DNA of 64,000 nt from Octopus bimaculoides (Eukaryota), in NCBI RefSeq assembly GCF_001194135.2, contig NC_068995.1:54832812-54896811 (forward strand), given 5' to 3'. Below are positions 11,811 through 25,330 of the stretch, piece by piece. The stretch's first letter is position 1. Every line of letters starts with the position of its first letter. The notes below the pieces were generated by a model. It ran no database searches. It was not told the DNA's origin and saw only the letters and a list, made by a program, of their open reading frames with translations. A program made the translations under genes and the position numbers.

Positions 11811-12282
11811 CACCGTAGGTGTTATAATGAAGGTATAGCTTGGATTTTACCTACTCCACTCACTAAATTTGTATTATATATATGAATATATGGGTATAGG
11901 ACGTCACCAACTGTGTAAACAACATGGGGTGAGAAATCACACGAGTTAATTACGCAAACAACGAGAGAAAAAATGGAAAACAGGACAAGTACCATAGAAA
12001 ACGGCCATTCATGAGTTGTCAGCTGTCTATCTTCTCATTTCGAGCATTTAACGACACTCTGAGTCTTAGAAGACAGTTGCTCCCATAAATTCCCAAATGA
12101 AATTTAGGATTTCTGGAGAGTCTAAGCTGGGAGCAAAAACAGGACAGTGGAGACATACATGAAAACCGAGTGAGAAACTAATATGGAGTATCGTTAGATA
12201 AGAACGAGAGGAAAATAGTGAACACCGGAAGACACACGCACACGCGCACACAAATATATATTATTTTTCTCTATCTAACTAT

Positions 12283-12322
<40 letters not shown>

Positions 12323-12959
12323 ATTTTTTTCCGGAGGTATACGTACAGTATCATATTTGCCCTATATTTATAAAATGCAATATACAAATCTCAAAAGAAT
12401 TAATATGTCAATATTTATTTAATGTACCCAAATGTATATATAATATTTAATTCTTATTGTCATGCTGTCCCCAGCTACTTACTTAACCCAATAAAATATT
12501 TTCTCCTTGAACAATCTAAGTTAAATGAATTGAATCACTTAATTTATATTATAGAATTGGTGTAAACTTCCGAACTTCATTGTGTATATTATGTTGTTAC
12601 CAATGAAGTGAAAAGCGTGAGACACACTTATAGTTAAAATACTTGATTATTGCTTGCAAATTCGTCGTATTAATGGAAGAATAACATCTCTATCGATTTA
12701 TTCAAGAGATATGTAATTATGACAGTCTGATAATTATGGAAGATAATTCGATGCTTCTTTAAATTAATCTCCTTACAAATGACTTTAAATGTATACACAT
12801 AGATCTAAGTAGACAATACAATAACACAGACAACGTACTCTTTAGCGAATCTATATCTTACAATATATTTATACCCATATGCATCTACATCTATTTCTGT
12901 CTGTCTGTCTCTCTCTCACTCTCTATCACTACATGTGTGTGTGCGTGTATACATACATA

Positions 12960-13360
12960 TAAATGCAATCCAACAACACCAGAGACGTTGGAGCAATTGT
13001 TGATAACAATCTAAGTAGGAGTTCTCACGTAAACAGCAGGCCCGCAATACGTGCTCCTGGATTCTTTTCAGTCTAGAGATGCCCACACCATCATTCTTCT
13101 CTACTCTACTGTTGCCTTGAATACTGTTGCTCTCTGTGGTCTCCCCATACGGAGCAACTCACTATGAAAGTGAAAGCACTCCACTGATCAATAACAAGAA
13201 ATATAGACGGCATGACACGCATTGACTATTGGGGTCGGCTAAAAAATATCAATCTCTACTCTCTCCAACACCGCCTGGAGCTCTACATCACTTATGTAAT
13301 GTGGAAAATATTCCGTCAATATTGCACAAAGGATGTTCGAATCAATTTTAAAATCCATGC
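12960..13360 (+). mobile_element. CR1-type LINE, C-terminal RT remnant
   Basis: RDVGAIVDNNLSRSSH...LEYCCSLWSP...DGMTRIDYWGRLKNINLYSLQHRLELYITYVMWKIF. Confidence 0.75.
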
Positions 13361-13851
13361 GTACATGTATACACATATACATATGTACATATGAATGAAT
13401 ACGCATGTGTATGCATGTGTCTATGCGTGCATGTGTGTGCTGTGTGCGTATGCACGTGCATGCGCATGCGCGCGCGCGTTTCTTCGTGCATGTATGTGTG
13501 TGCGCGCGCGCGTATTGGTCAGTGTGTGTATGTAGACTATTTAGTATCAGCAAATTCAAATTTCAGAACAAACCAATATTAAATTAGATTTCGTCGATTT
13601 TAACTACATATCACAATTTATAATAATACGCATTCAAGCAATAAATATCATTGTCGATTCGCAGTCAATGGTAAGATAGTTTTACGTTAAATCCCTATAA
13701 AACTACGAAAGAAGTGTATTTTGCGTGAAATTAAGCAGTTATCTCTTCAAGCCTAATACGTGAAGTCCTTGTATGATACACAGATATATGGTATAACACT
13801 GTTTCTCGGCATAAATTTCTGACGCAAAAAATATACCTGTACATATTAGTC

Positions 13852-13965
13852 TCGAATTTTGGCACAAGGTCAGTAATTCCGGGGCAGGGATTACACCGAT
13901 TACAGCGAAACCAGAGATCAACTGGTACTTATTTATCGACCCCAAAAGGGTGAAAAACAGAATCA
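13852..13965 (-). mobile_element. SINE family A, 3' part
   Basis: ttttggcacaagg...ctggtacttatttatcgacccaaaagggtgaaa; similar to 2850-2965. Confidence 0.6.
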
Positions 13966-14144
13966 ATATAGCCAATGTGATCACGAAATTAGACTCGCTA
14001 CACTCTGCAACAGTCAGTCCATGTAGAATGACCAAATCAAATTTAAGTGCTTCGACCATGCTATCTCGGTCCACTTTACAGATCATCTTGGCACTCTTTT
14101 TATTCTTTTATTTCTTTCAGTGATTTCGATCTGGTTGCCCCCAC

Positions 14145-14303
14145 AAAAGGCTTCTTTCAATTTCCGTCTGTCAAATCCACTCACAAGAGTTGGTCCCGAA
14201 GCTATAGTACAAGACACTTGCCCAAAATGCAATGCAGTGGGATTGAATCTGGAACCATTTGGTTGGAAAGCAAGCTTCTTACTACACAGCCATTCCTGCG
14301 CCT
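14145..14303 (-). mobile_element. tRNA-derived SINE family B (CORE-like TTGGGCAAGTG motif)
   Basis: Minus strand ggcgcaggaatggctgtgtagtaagaagcttgc...agattcaatcccactgc...ttgggcaagtgtcttg, with A- and B-box-like motifs. Confidence 0.7.
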
Positions 14304-15390
14304 AAATAACATGCGCATATATTTCTATGAAAATATTTTATTTGATATATAGTCCAGTCTTCTATATACTCAACTGGAATATTTGTCTGATATAAGAAAG
14401 CAGTGTACTTTCTATTCTGTGCTTCTAACGGATACAAAGAATGCAATATTTAACTGTGCTCTCAGCTATACCTGAAGTGCAGCTCTCACTAGTGTAGATG
14501 TATGCGAATGTAGGATAATCTGTCTTATAATTTATCATTTGTGATAAGCTACCTACCTCTTGTTTCCTTTTAGCTTCCAGCTTTCTTTCATGCCATAGAA
14601 ATATTTCATTTATTTACTTTGAAATATGTGGCTGATTTGGAAGATAATGTATTAGTTTAATGTCTGCTGTTTCTTTTTTACTTTTTCATTCTGTTTAGCA
14701 ATAGATTTGAATAGAATGCAACCATTCATATGTAGAATTTCACACACATATATACACTTGCAGAAACTGAGGCACACTAACACTGACACAGAAACAAAAA
14801 TACATAAACACGTACTCAACACACACAAACACACACACATACCCCCCCCCACACACACACATATATTATGCGTTTCGTGAGTAGCTTGTTTCTACATGTT
14901 TTCCTACAGTTTGTGTATAACTTAGATTAATTATGAAGTAAAGTCTTCATGTATATTCAATTGAGGTTATACGTTATATAAGTTTAGAAGCCATTCACCG
15001 ATAATTAGCAATACAATGCTAAACTATTTTATTTCTCTTCACTATTTAATATGTTAAAAATACAATGAACCTACAAATACTGCAGCAGTAATTTAACCGG
15101 TTTGATGCAAAGATCTAAAGCTTTTTAATCGGTGACATATTTCCGATTATATTCAGTTGGTAAACATAAAATATGATAAAATATGAATAGCATGTGCATC
15201 GAACAATTGTTCTTCTCTTCGGCGGTCTCGATATTTTGTTTGTTTGTTCGTTTGCTTTTTTCATCATATATAGGACACCCGAGCATACGTATAGGAATAT
15301 AACACAGAAGTCACTAAAGTTATCAAATCACTCACAATGCCATTTTTCGAATATATTAAGGTGAATGTTTCTATCATAAACTCACACACA

Positions 15391-15469
<79 letters not shown>

Positions 15470-15733
15470 TTAAATAATAAGGGTGAAAAATTGAATATTA
15501 ATTTCATTAATATCAATTTAAAACCAGTGGCCTAGCAAATTGAAGAATCTGAAGATTCAGAAAATTTATATTACATCCATATAAGACCAATAAGTGGGCA
15601 TCCCTGTTGCTAAAAGAAGACCACCTACGGTCTGACCACTAAGAAAATATTGTTCTCAAGAAAATTCAGCAAGCACCAGAACGTAAGCGAGTAAGACAAA
15701 TGAAAAGATTCAAAACGTAAAGAATTAATCATA

Positions 15734-15793
15734 GACCGGTTTCGTCGTTAACTACTTACATAATATCTTACCTAATTGTCTGCAACTCTTCAG
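15734..15793 (-). ncRNA. Type I hammerhead ribozyme core with GUC triplet (stem I decayed)
   Basis: Minus strand CTGAAGA-GTTG...CGAC-GAA-ACCGGT-C: complete catalytic core, 4-bp stem II and palindromic stem III ACCGGT. Stem I pairs only at the first base. Confidence 0.6.
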
Positions 15794-16106
15794 TCCTCTA
15801 GGCTTAGATAAAAGACAAATAAATTGGAAATGAACCACAATAGTTTACAAGCCATGACCCCAGTAAGTCTCATGCTTTTTTTGGAAGACTAATATATTCT
15901 TAGCTACAATAGCGACAACATGGATTTCTTCCAACTTCTTGCTCTGTTGGAGCATTTGAGTAAAATTATTTTAGTGCGTCCGACTGATTGAAATTTTTGC
16001 ACTGCATTTGAATTGATGTAATGACTGCATTGCTCAATTAAATGGGGCCGCTTGAAACAGCCTTACTGCATCAATTCTTCATATGCTGTTGCTTATTTTT
16101 TATATC

Positions 16107-16155
<49 letters not shown>

Positions 16156-16446
16156 TAAACATTTTCATAACATCTTTTTGAAAAGTAATGTTTTTAAGAA
16201 AATCGCCTTTACGCTTCAAAACTATATTTAATATATGTGTGTGTACGTGTTTCTGTGCGTTTGTTTTTTCCATACATAAATGCGAATTAATATGGAGCTG
16301 TTTAAATATTTATCATAGAAGTCATTTCAATGTCCATATATGCGAATTCCCGCAAGATTAAACAACTCACGAAGAGGAATTGTTTTATCGAGATACGAAT
16401 ATTTTTACATATATGCTGCCCGTCTCTCTGTCTGTCTCTGTCTCTA

Positions 16447-16480
<34 letters not shown>

Positions 16481-16490
16481 NNNNNNNNNN

Positions 16491-16533
<43 letters not shown>

Positions 16534-18951
16534 ATTAAACAGATACGCGCACACACACACACGCATATAAACCTACATATGTGTATATGTATGTATATTT
16601 ATGTGTGTGTGTGTGTGCTTGTGCGTGTGTACATTCCTATTTGTTAGTATATGTTTTAATATGTAGAACGTTTTTTCCATATCTTGCAATCTTGTACACG
16701 GAATCTTTTGTTCATTTCGATTCTTATCTCAATTATTCTCTTGAGGCTGCTAATATGGAAGCAATAACAATCAGTGTCTAACGTACAATATACCGAGATG
16801 ACTCATCGAAAAAGTCAATTAGCGATTAAAGCAGCGGTGGAAATTAGATGATTAGTTGTTTCTCAAGGGTGATATGTTGTAAAATGACACTGCATTATTG
16901 ATATCTTGAGTACATAATTCATACACTATATACACATAGAAATTATGATAGACCTTCGCCCTTCTCCCCAACAGTAATCGAAGGCATGAACATTGTTATG
17001 ACGTGTTATTATATTTATGAATAGGTCATAAAAAGAATGTGTTCCGAAAATCTAACTATATGTAGGGAGACATTATTTGGTTTCAATCGCGTAGATTATT
17101 CACAGAATATACTGTATTGAAAGCTTATTTAAATTTACACGTATGATATTTATTAAGCGTAATAAATGTTGCGAATTGTAATTATGATTAAGCATTCACA
17201 TGTCAAGAATTACGCAATGTTTGTTATTCAACAGTATGTTTCCTTAATACGAGGTAATAGTTCAATTCCAATGTATGACTCTTAAGGTATCTATGGTCTC
17301 AAATACTGCTGCGTTTGGGAACACACTGGGACAGAGATTGCGTGTGTCATATACATGCATATATATANNNNNNNNNNGTTGCAAATAAACACACGCACTA
17401 TATATTGATTCTAAACTTCAGATTTATTACTGTTTTTATTTTATATCTCTTGTCTGGAAATTTTCGTCACACCTGTGACCTCTTTAGTGACTCTCTATTG
17501 CACGTGTCTTTTTCTGCTTTGTTTAGTTCATTCAGTATTTCTATGGTATAACACAGCATATTCGCACCCTTTTGGCGCAAACCGAACGAAAAAAGAGAAG
17601 TGTTTATTTATATATAATATGTAGTTATATAATCAAACAGTGTTACATACAAAATGAAAGTGACTCGAATATGTAGATATTTAATAGAAATGTAATTTTG
17701 GTATTAGTTATGTCAAAGCGACGAGCATACGATCACATATGCCCCAACGAATTAATTTGATCATAAGGTCCAGAAAAATGGATATTTTTTTTTAATGTAA
17801 TTACACATGCGTTTAATGTAGGTCTTGATTGTGAAGAAAAGAAGCGGAGGTGGGGTGAGAGGCGTCTTCAGAAAATTGATACGTGTCCATTTTGTTTCGT
17901 CTCAACATTCAGAGAAATGCGTATTTTTAAATGAAATGTTGCTGTAAATACATAAATGTGTACATTTTATTATATCAGAATTTGATGTGAAAAGACAAAT
18001 GGAACACAAGCACACGTAGACAAACACAGACAATAGCACACTTCACAATTTTTTTGTGATTTTAGATTTCACTTTAAAGATATGTGATGTGTATCAGCAT
18101 ATTTCTGTACTAGCTCATCTATGTTTTATTCATCTCTTTTTCCGATATAATCGCAATCTGGGTTAATGTTTACTTCTTGACTCGGAAATGATTAACCGTA
18201 ATCTGTAAACTGAGGGAAATATTTGTATAAAATTTCAAGGAAAAAATATATATTTTTTATGAGAATTATGGGGTAACAAGTGCAGCCGATGTTTATTTCC
18301 CGGAGCGCTTCTCGCCACCTACGTAAAATGCTTTCACAATAAATTCTGATATAACCAGAAACAATACCATCTGGAGCGCATTTGTAGAAAATTTCAGTAA
18401 AAATTGATCCTTGTTTTCTGGAACTTATGAGGACAGAAATTCGGAGGGGCACACATATGGCGCTATGACAAGCAATAAAATAACAATTCTTGATAAAACA
18501 CTGGCAAAGCAGCATTCAACAGTTGAAAATAAAAAAAATTTAAAGTGGTGAGCTGTGAGATGAAATAATGCCAAGTAGTTGTTAACAGAACATGCATTGA
18601 ATATCAATACACGAACAGAGAAAGAAGCATAAGCGGTTGTAGGGATATTTTAAAATGCTTGCCAAGTAGAAATTAAAATCACTGAGTACTTGAATTCGCA
18701 GATAGGCTTAAACTGTAGTCCGCAAATGAACACTTCGCACAACCGGTGCCAGTATAAAAAGCACACTGCATTGTCATTGCACATGTCTTGCTGGAAGTCC
18801 ATAATAACCATCGACGTTTCAAAATAATATCGAAGATACATATATATTCACCTGCGTAAATACATATGTTCATGCAAATCTGCATATTTCATTATACGTT
18901 AATGCGGTGCCCCAGCATGACCGCAGTTTTAAAACTGAAGCTAGCTAAAGA

Positions 18952-18987
<36 letters not shown>

Positions 18988-19616
18988 GTGTGCGTGTGTG
19001 TGTGTGTGTACGTGTGTGTGTGTGTATGTATATGTGTATGTGTGTGTGTGTGTGTGTGTGTCTGAATCTGTGTATGGGTCCGTGTGTGTCTATATGTGTG
19101 TCCGTGTGCGTGCGAATGTCTGTGCAGGTGCGTGTATCATTGCAATGGTAATTTTTTGTTCTATTTGTTTAAATGCTTTTCGAAATAAATATACTCTTCG
19201 ATTTAATGACAGCGAAGAAGCTATAAAATGCCGAAAATTCATTCGCTGCTTCTTATAGTGGAAATAGCCCTTAGCAAATGAAGTTGATGATGTAATTCAT
19301 GTTGTTCATTATCTATCCATAGAAATATATGTATATGTATATATATTTTTATATATATGTATAAATATGGAGGTGTGTGTTTGAGTGTATATATATATAT
19401 ATATATATATANNNNNNNNNNNNNNNNNNNNNNNNNNNNNNNNNNNNNNNNNNNNNNNNNNNNNNNNNNNNNNNNNNNNNNNNNNNNNNNNNNNNNNNNN
19501 NNNNNNNNNNNNNNNNNNNNNNNNNNNNNNNNNNNNNNNNNNNNNNNNNNNNNNNNNNNNNNNNNNNNNNNNNNNNNNNNNNNNNNNNNNNNNNNNNNNN
19601 NNNNNNNNNNNNNNNN

Positions 19617-19650
<34 letters not shown>

Positions 19651-19699
19651 ATATATAGACTCACACACACAACCACACACACAGAAGAACACGTTAACA

Positions 19700-20050
19700 A
19701 TGATACACCTATATTATGTGTGGATTTTTGGATGTGTTCTTCGTTTCAATGTCCGAATGGGCCTGTGTTTGTTTTATACTGCTCTAAGCATCGCCGTCAC
19801 TGGCATCCATTTGTCACTGTCATCCAAAGTGAATCCAATAGGCAATATGTCCTACAATATTAATGCTCTTTCCTGGATACAACTCAATGATTGTAAACAG
19901 CATAATTTTCAGCCATTGTTTTACTCGTTACAACATCTTACGTCAGAGAATTTGGGGACTGAGTATCTGTTGGACCACACTCGTGAAATGTTTTCTTGCA
20001 TCACATTTTTAAGAGCCGTTTTGGCGATTCTGTCACCGATCTTGTACGGT
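19700..20050 (-). mobile_element. Possible highly decayed mariner transposase fragment
   Basis: Pieces such as YSVPKFSD, DDSDKW and HPKIH resemble WVPHELS, TGDEKW and HPKK in the expected order; many disruptions. Confidence 0.3.
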
Positions 20051-21221
20051 TGTGTTGAACTTGACGAAATAGTGCTGGATTGGACCAACAAAGTCTTTAA
20101 CCATTGTTTTGTTTCTCTCAGACTTACTACGTAAAATGAGTTTCTAGTTAGAAATCTACAGTAGTACCTTTGCTGTTATTGTTTTTTCGATCATCTTTGC
20201 AACGATTCGTAAATCGGAGTCGAACCTTTAAACACAGGTTTAAGAGGCAATTTGTAACCGTATTCATAACTATCTTCCTTGTCTGTCTGCTCTAAAATCA
20301 TTCGTATTTAAGAGGAAGCCTGAAAAAATATTTAGAATATTTTAATGTTAATAAATTCATGTATGATAAACGTTCGGCGTATTTAATCTGATGCTATGTT
20401 TATTCTAAAACATCAACAAGTTTTTTCCTACGTTAATATGTAACACATAAAGATATTATGCTAATAAACATTTCTTGGGATGACGTATCCATAACATTTT
20501 ATCGATCCCAGTGAGATGAAAGACAAATTAGTCTCTGAAGTATTCGATCCTACACTGAAAATGTTAACAATAAATAGAGTTAAACATTTACCGTGACGTT
20601 TTACAGATTTTGTCAGATTAATTCCTTTTAGACGATGTACATAATATACTTTCAGCAAATCTTGACGTGATTTAATTTAAATAAATTAATGTGATAGCAA
20701 CATTTAAATTCAAATGATGATGCTTCTAATCGTTCAACATATGCTTATAGAAGCACGGCAGATGATGTTTTATTTTGATTGATATAACAGTTGAAGTTCC
20801 TGAGTCAGCTTTTTTTCAACAACCATAACTTTAACAATGTCTCATCTCCTCGTTGAATGTATTACTTCTTATACGCGTGCGTTCGCGTGTGTATGTGTGT
20901 GTGTGTGTATGTATGTATATGTATGTAGATAGATAGATAGACAGATATATATTATATCTGATCGTCTGTGGAAAGGCTTATTAGTTTTCATTGCTTGTTA
21001 AAATCACCGCAGTAATCGTAGTATAGTATTTTCAAACGTATAGAAAATTGAAATTTGGAAAAGAGTGTGAATTCGGAAAGTATCAGTATATAATGGCAGA
21101 ATAATTACACCTTTCAGTATGTATGTATGTATGAATGAAGTGCATTCTGAACTATTAGCTAGAGTAAAAAACCTCTTCAAATAGCCAATATATAAACACC
21201 TATCACCTTTTCAACTTCATA

Positions 21222-21254
21222 TCTCTCTCTCTATCTCTCCCGCACAGACACATA

Positions 21255-21288
<34 letters not shown>

Positions 21289-21311
21289 CTCTCTCTCTCT
21301 CTCTCTATCTA

Positions 21312-21342
<31 letters not shown>

Positions 21343-21352
21343 TTCTATCTAT
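21222..21352. repeat. (CT)n/(CTAT)n microsatellite
   Basis: Direct reading. Confidence 0.95.
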
Positions 21353-22761
21353 TTATTTATATACGTTTAAGTATTAATTGTGTACAAAACGGGTCAGGAG
21401 AGTGACTGTAATATGACACCTGTACAGAGAACTCCGTTGATTAGACTGAAAATTCCGATACCATAATAGGTGGTACGCAACTTCTTTACGAAACTAAAAA
21501 AAAAGTTGTTTATCATGCTTTAATCACCTCTGTAAAAATCTTGCCTGAAAAAAGTCGTTGGTTGGTAAAGTTGTTTCCAATGCACAACGGGTATATATTA
21601 TATAACATTACCTATTGTCCGAAGAGTTCTCTTTCTAGATACTCCTCACTTGAATACAGTGTCAATCTACATACGTACATGTATACGTTCAACCATATAG
21701 ACTGACGTGCCTGTACACATACCTCCACACACACATACACACACACTCACACGCATACCCAGTGAGAAAGAGGAAGAGTGAGACAGATTGAGTTCGTGAG
21801 AAATGAAGTAGCGACGCTGTTTCAGAATATCAGCAACATTAAGACGGGGCTCTTTATCCACCGATCATTCTACGTGTTATATACAGTTAAAGTAAGGTCT
21901 CATATATATAATATACAAGACTGAAACTTCCATTTGGTCGATACGAAGCGAATGGTATTCCACTGTGGGTCAATGATGTCTGACGTTTGTGTATAATTAA
22001 TTTTCATTTGGAGGTCATAAACCGGAGAGCATCGTTAAAATGACAGCTGTGTAATTTTGTCTTTTGTTTCATTCACTAATATCCCCCAGACTTTTGACAA
22101 AAACGCACAATAGATGTCTATATTCCACTGTCTTATTTGAAGAGAAGAATGCATCCTCAAACTTTTAGTCATTATGAAATATCGACTTCATTCATTACAG
22201 CAGCTAATAAATACAAATATTAAGCCATTTATATATGACAATCTTCGGTGGAATATAGAAATATAGAATGGCTTTAAACAATCGACAAAGAAAACAGAGA
22301 TAGACAATATAATATTGCTAAATAATACTATATTGTTTATTGATAGTCATAATTCAATATACCTAGATAATAAACATTTTTCGTAGAGTAGATTGACAAT
22401 TCCCACATAAACAATTTTTTAATAGTATTAATAAAGAAAACGTTTGATAGAACTAGAAAAATAAGTCTATAAACGCAAACATAATTTGATAAGCAGAGTA
22501 TCTACATAGAAAATCAATTTGAAAAACAATGAAATTATAATCAATATAGTCAGATAATTTATATTTATATTTACATTTTATATGTATAAGATTAAATTTT
22601 AAATAGAGTAGAAACTTTAGTATCAATGACGAACACGTACACGACAATATAAGATTTAGCAAGAAAAAATTTAGTATACATAGCAGAAGTAGTATAATTA
22701 TAACGATGATGATAATGAAGATGGTGACCATGATACTGTTTATAATAATGACAGTAATAGA

Positions 22762-22793
22762 CATTATTATTATCATTATTATTATTATTATTA

Positions 22794-22878
<85 letters not shown>
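22762..22878. repeat. (ATT)n microsatellite at the 3' end of a Dong-like LINE
   Basis: Direct reading; abuts the element at 22880. Confidence 0.95.
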
Positions 22879-22879
<1 letters not shown>

Positions 22880-23345
22880 GCCCTTGCACAGCTTCTAACG
22901 CTGGAGATGTACTACGGTGTCAGCTATTCACTACCAGTGAACTAAGGTAACACCTCTTATTTTTCGAGCACCCTCCGGAGTATTCCAGCGGTTCCAAGCA
23001 GTGCTATTTTCTGCAAGACCTCCAACATTACTACAGGCCCTATTTGTTCCATGTACTTCTCAAGATTTTTACTCACTGTTCATAGAGCTCCGACAATCAT
23101 TGGTACCACCTGAACCTTTTTCACCGACCACAACTGCTTAAACTTCCAAGCTAACCTCTCATATCTATTGACTTTTCTTTCTTCCTTATCGCATACCTTA
23201 ATGTCAGCTGGGCATGCAATAACTATGATCCAGCAGAGTTTGCATTCTTTCTCAATGAACACTATGTCTGGCTTCGTATTCTCTATGTTATGGACACACT
23301 AAATCATAAAATCCACAGGATCTTTGCATTATCATTTTCGATGAT
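22880..23345 (-). mobile_element. R4/Dong-clade LINE 3' end (RLE domain, stop codon, 3' UTR)
   Basis: ENDNAKILW...KPDIVFIEKECKLCWIIVIACPADIKVCDKEERKVNRYERLAWKFKQLWSVKKVQVVPMIVGAL*TVSKNLEKYMEQIG...LQKIALLGTAGILRRVLEK*, then about 80 nt of UTR and (AAT)n. Confidence 0.85.
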
Positions 23346-23483
23346 GCCCCCTGAAGATAACGAGTCAAAATTAAAAGAAGAGTGCCATTTGTTATCTAGT
23401 GAACGATATTTCGACATCTCGTGAATCTTCAACTGGTTCAAAAAATAAATTTGTCAATCTACTTCATTTAGGTTAATATAGAA

Positions 23484-23602
23484 AGACCCCTTATTTTCGA
23501 GCTCCTTCCGGAGTATTCGAGCGGTTCCAAGCAGTGCTGTTTTCTGCAAGTGCTCCACTCTTATTGCAGCCCTTATTTGTTCCACGTACTTCTCGAGATT
23601 TT
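23484..23602 (-). mobile_element. Second short R4/Dong 3' fragment
   Basis: Similar to 22950-23070; encodes NLEKYVEQIRAAIRVEHLQKTALLGTARILRKELENK. Confidence 0.8.
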
Positions 23603-23619
23603 AGAATACATAAAATAAA

Positions 23620-23679
<60 letters not shown>

Positions 23680-24419
23680 GGAGAAAACTAATAATCAGAG
23701 GAAAAAGAATCGTGTTTACGGTTATTTTGCTGAGTAGAAATGTAATAATTAAGTATTAATTACAAAATAGATTCTGAAAGCAAATACATACACAGGCGAC
23801 AGCTGCTAAACGGAGATAGATATTAAGAATATTTTTTTTATGTATTTGATTATTTTCGGAGATTCATTATTAAGCTAAATGCAATTATTATCGTTGTACA
23901 TACTCTTCAATGAACAGATATTTCCAAATTGCCAAATTAAGGAAATAAATGATCTATGCAAAAAAGATAAGGTGCTTACAATCCGAAATATACAGAAGAA
24001 ATAAAATAGTGTATATATCCCGAGAGAATTATTGCTTTTAATGAAATTCCAAACTCAACGTGTATGCGTGTGCATTTGTGTGTGTATATATACAACAAGA
24101 CACAGATATGTATGCACATATATGTTTGTGTGTGTATGCGCGTTTACAGCGTAATTAATATTTTGATTAATTTGTTTTATTGACAAACAACTATGTACAT
24201 TTAAATACGGTATTATTTTTAATATATACCACAATGTTTGAAGTATTCATATTCACCATTCAATGAAAACATGACAGTTCCCTATCTTACATCAAAATGT
24301 AAGATGTGTACACACACTCACACAGACACACACAAACACATGTACAGGTTTATGGTTTCTCATTAATGTGTTTTCTATGTGCATATGTTACGCAAGGAAG
24401 CATTAACAACACCTGCGGA

Positions 24420-25330
24420 ATATAATGAACTTGTAAAGAATTTTTGTTACATATATGTTTGTCAACGATTCCACAAATAATGTTCCTTTCGGGCAGCCAA
24501 AACGTTTATGTACATAGATTTTTGCATTTTAAGTTTGTAGGATCCATCCGTCCAAACATCTACATTTTATTGCCAAATTGGTTATATACCCCTGGTAAGA
24601 TGTATCATTACTCCTGTCGATGTCCAGCTCACGTAGTAATTTTGATTGAAGGATTGGAATCCTCCTGAGCCAGTGTAACCTATCCGCTTTGTATTGAGCT
24701 TCATGTGTTGGTAGAGCAGGGCATTGAATTTTCCAACAATAAACCGCATGTTATTTGCCTCAGCACGCTTGTATATTGTTCACGATGCAGATCCACAACA
24801 TCTCCATGGTTCTGCATCCTCTGAGAGACATTTGTATTGTCTGCATTGCTAGCAAGGGTGGCTACGTGAGCAGCTAGAGGCATGTCATTGTGGACCGCTA
24901 TGAATAGCAGCGGCACGAAGTCAATGCTCTGCAGAACACCACTCATTATTTGTGTTTCCCTGGAGGTGGCCCCGTTGTCCACCACTACCTATCTTCTATC
25001 TCATCGAAAGTTATTCTCCATGTTTTCTAACTGTGCCAAGATTACGCACATTGTGACATATCATACCATGGTCCACTTTGTCAAAGTCTTTTGCAAAGTC
25101 GAGTATATCACGTCCAATTTTAAGTTGTTCAGCAGTTGCTTTAGCACCTAGTCTTAATGCTACACGAACTGTGTCAGGCAGCTTCTACCTTAACGAAACC
25201 CGTGCTGAGGTTCAATCAGCAAGTCATCTTCTTGAGAGAATGCAATTAATCTCTTTCAGACTATCCGTTCTGTGATTTTGCTGATGTGTGAGGTCGGAAA
25301 GAGAGGCCTATAAATTTTAGCATTTGCTCT
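24420..25330 (-). mobile_element. CR1-type LINE reverse transcriptase remnant
   Basis: DVIYLDFAKDFDKVDHGMICH-like motif (frameshifted), then SGVLQSIDFVPLLFIAVHNDMP (SGVPQGS motif) and ASNADNT (YADD motif, decayed). Confidence 0.85.
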
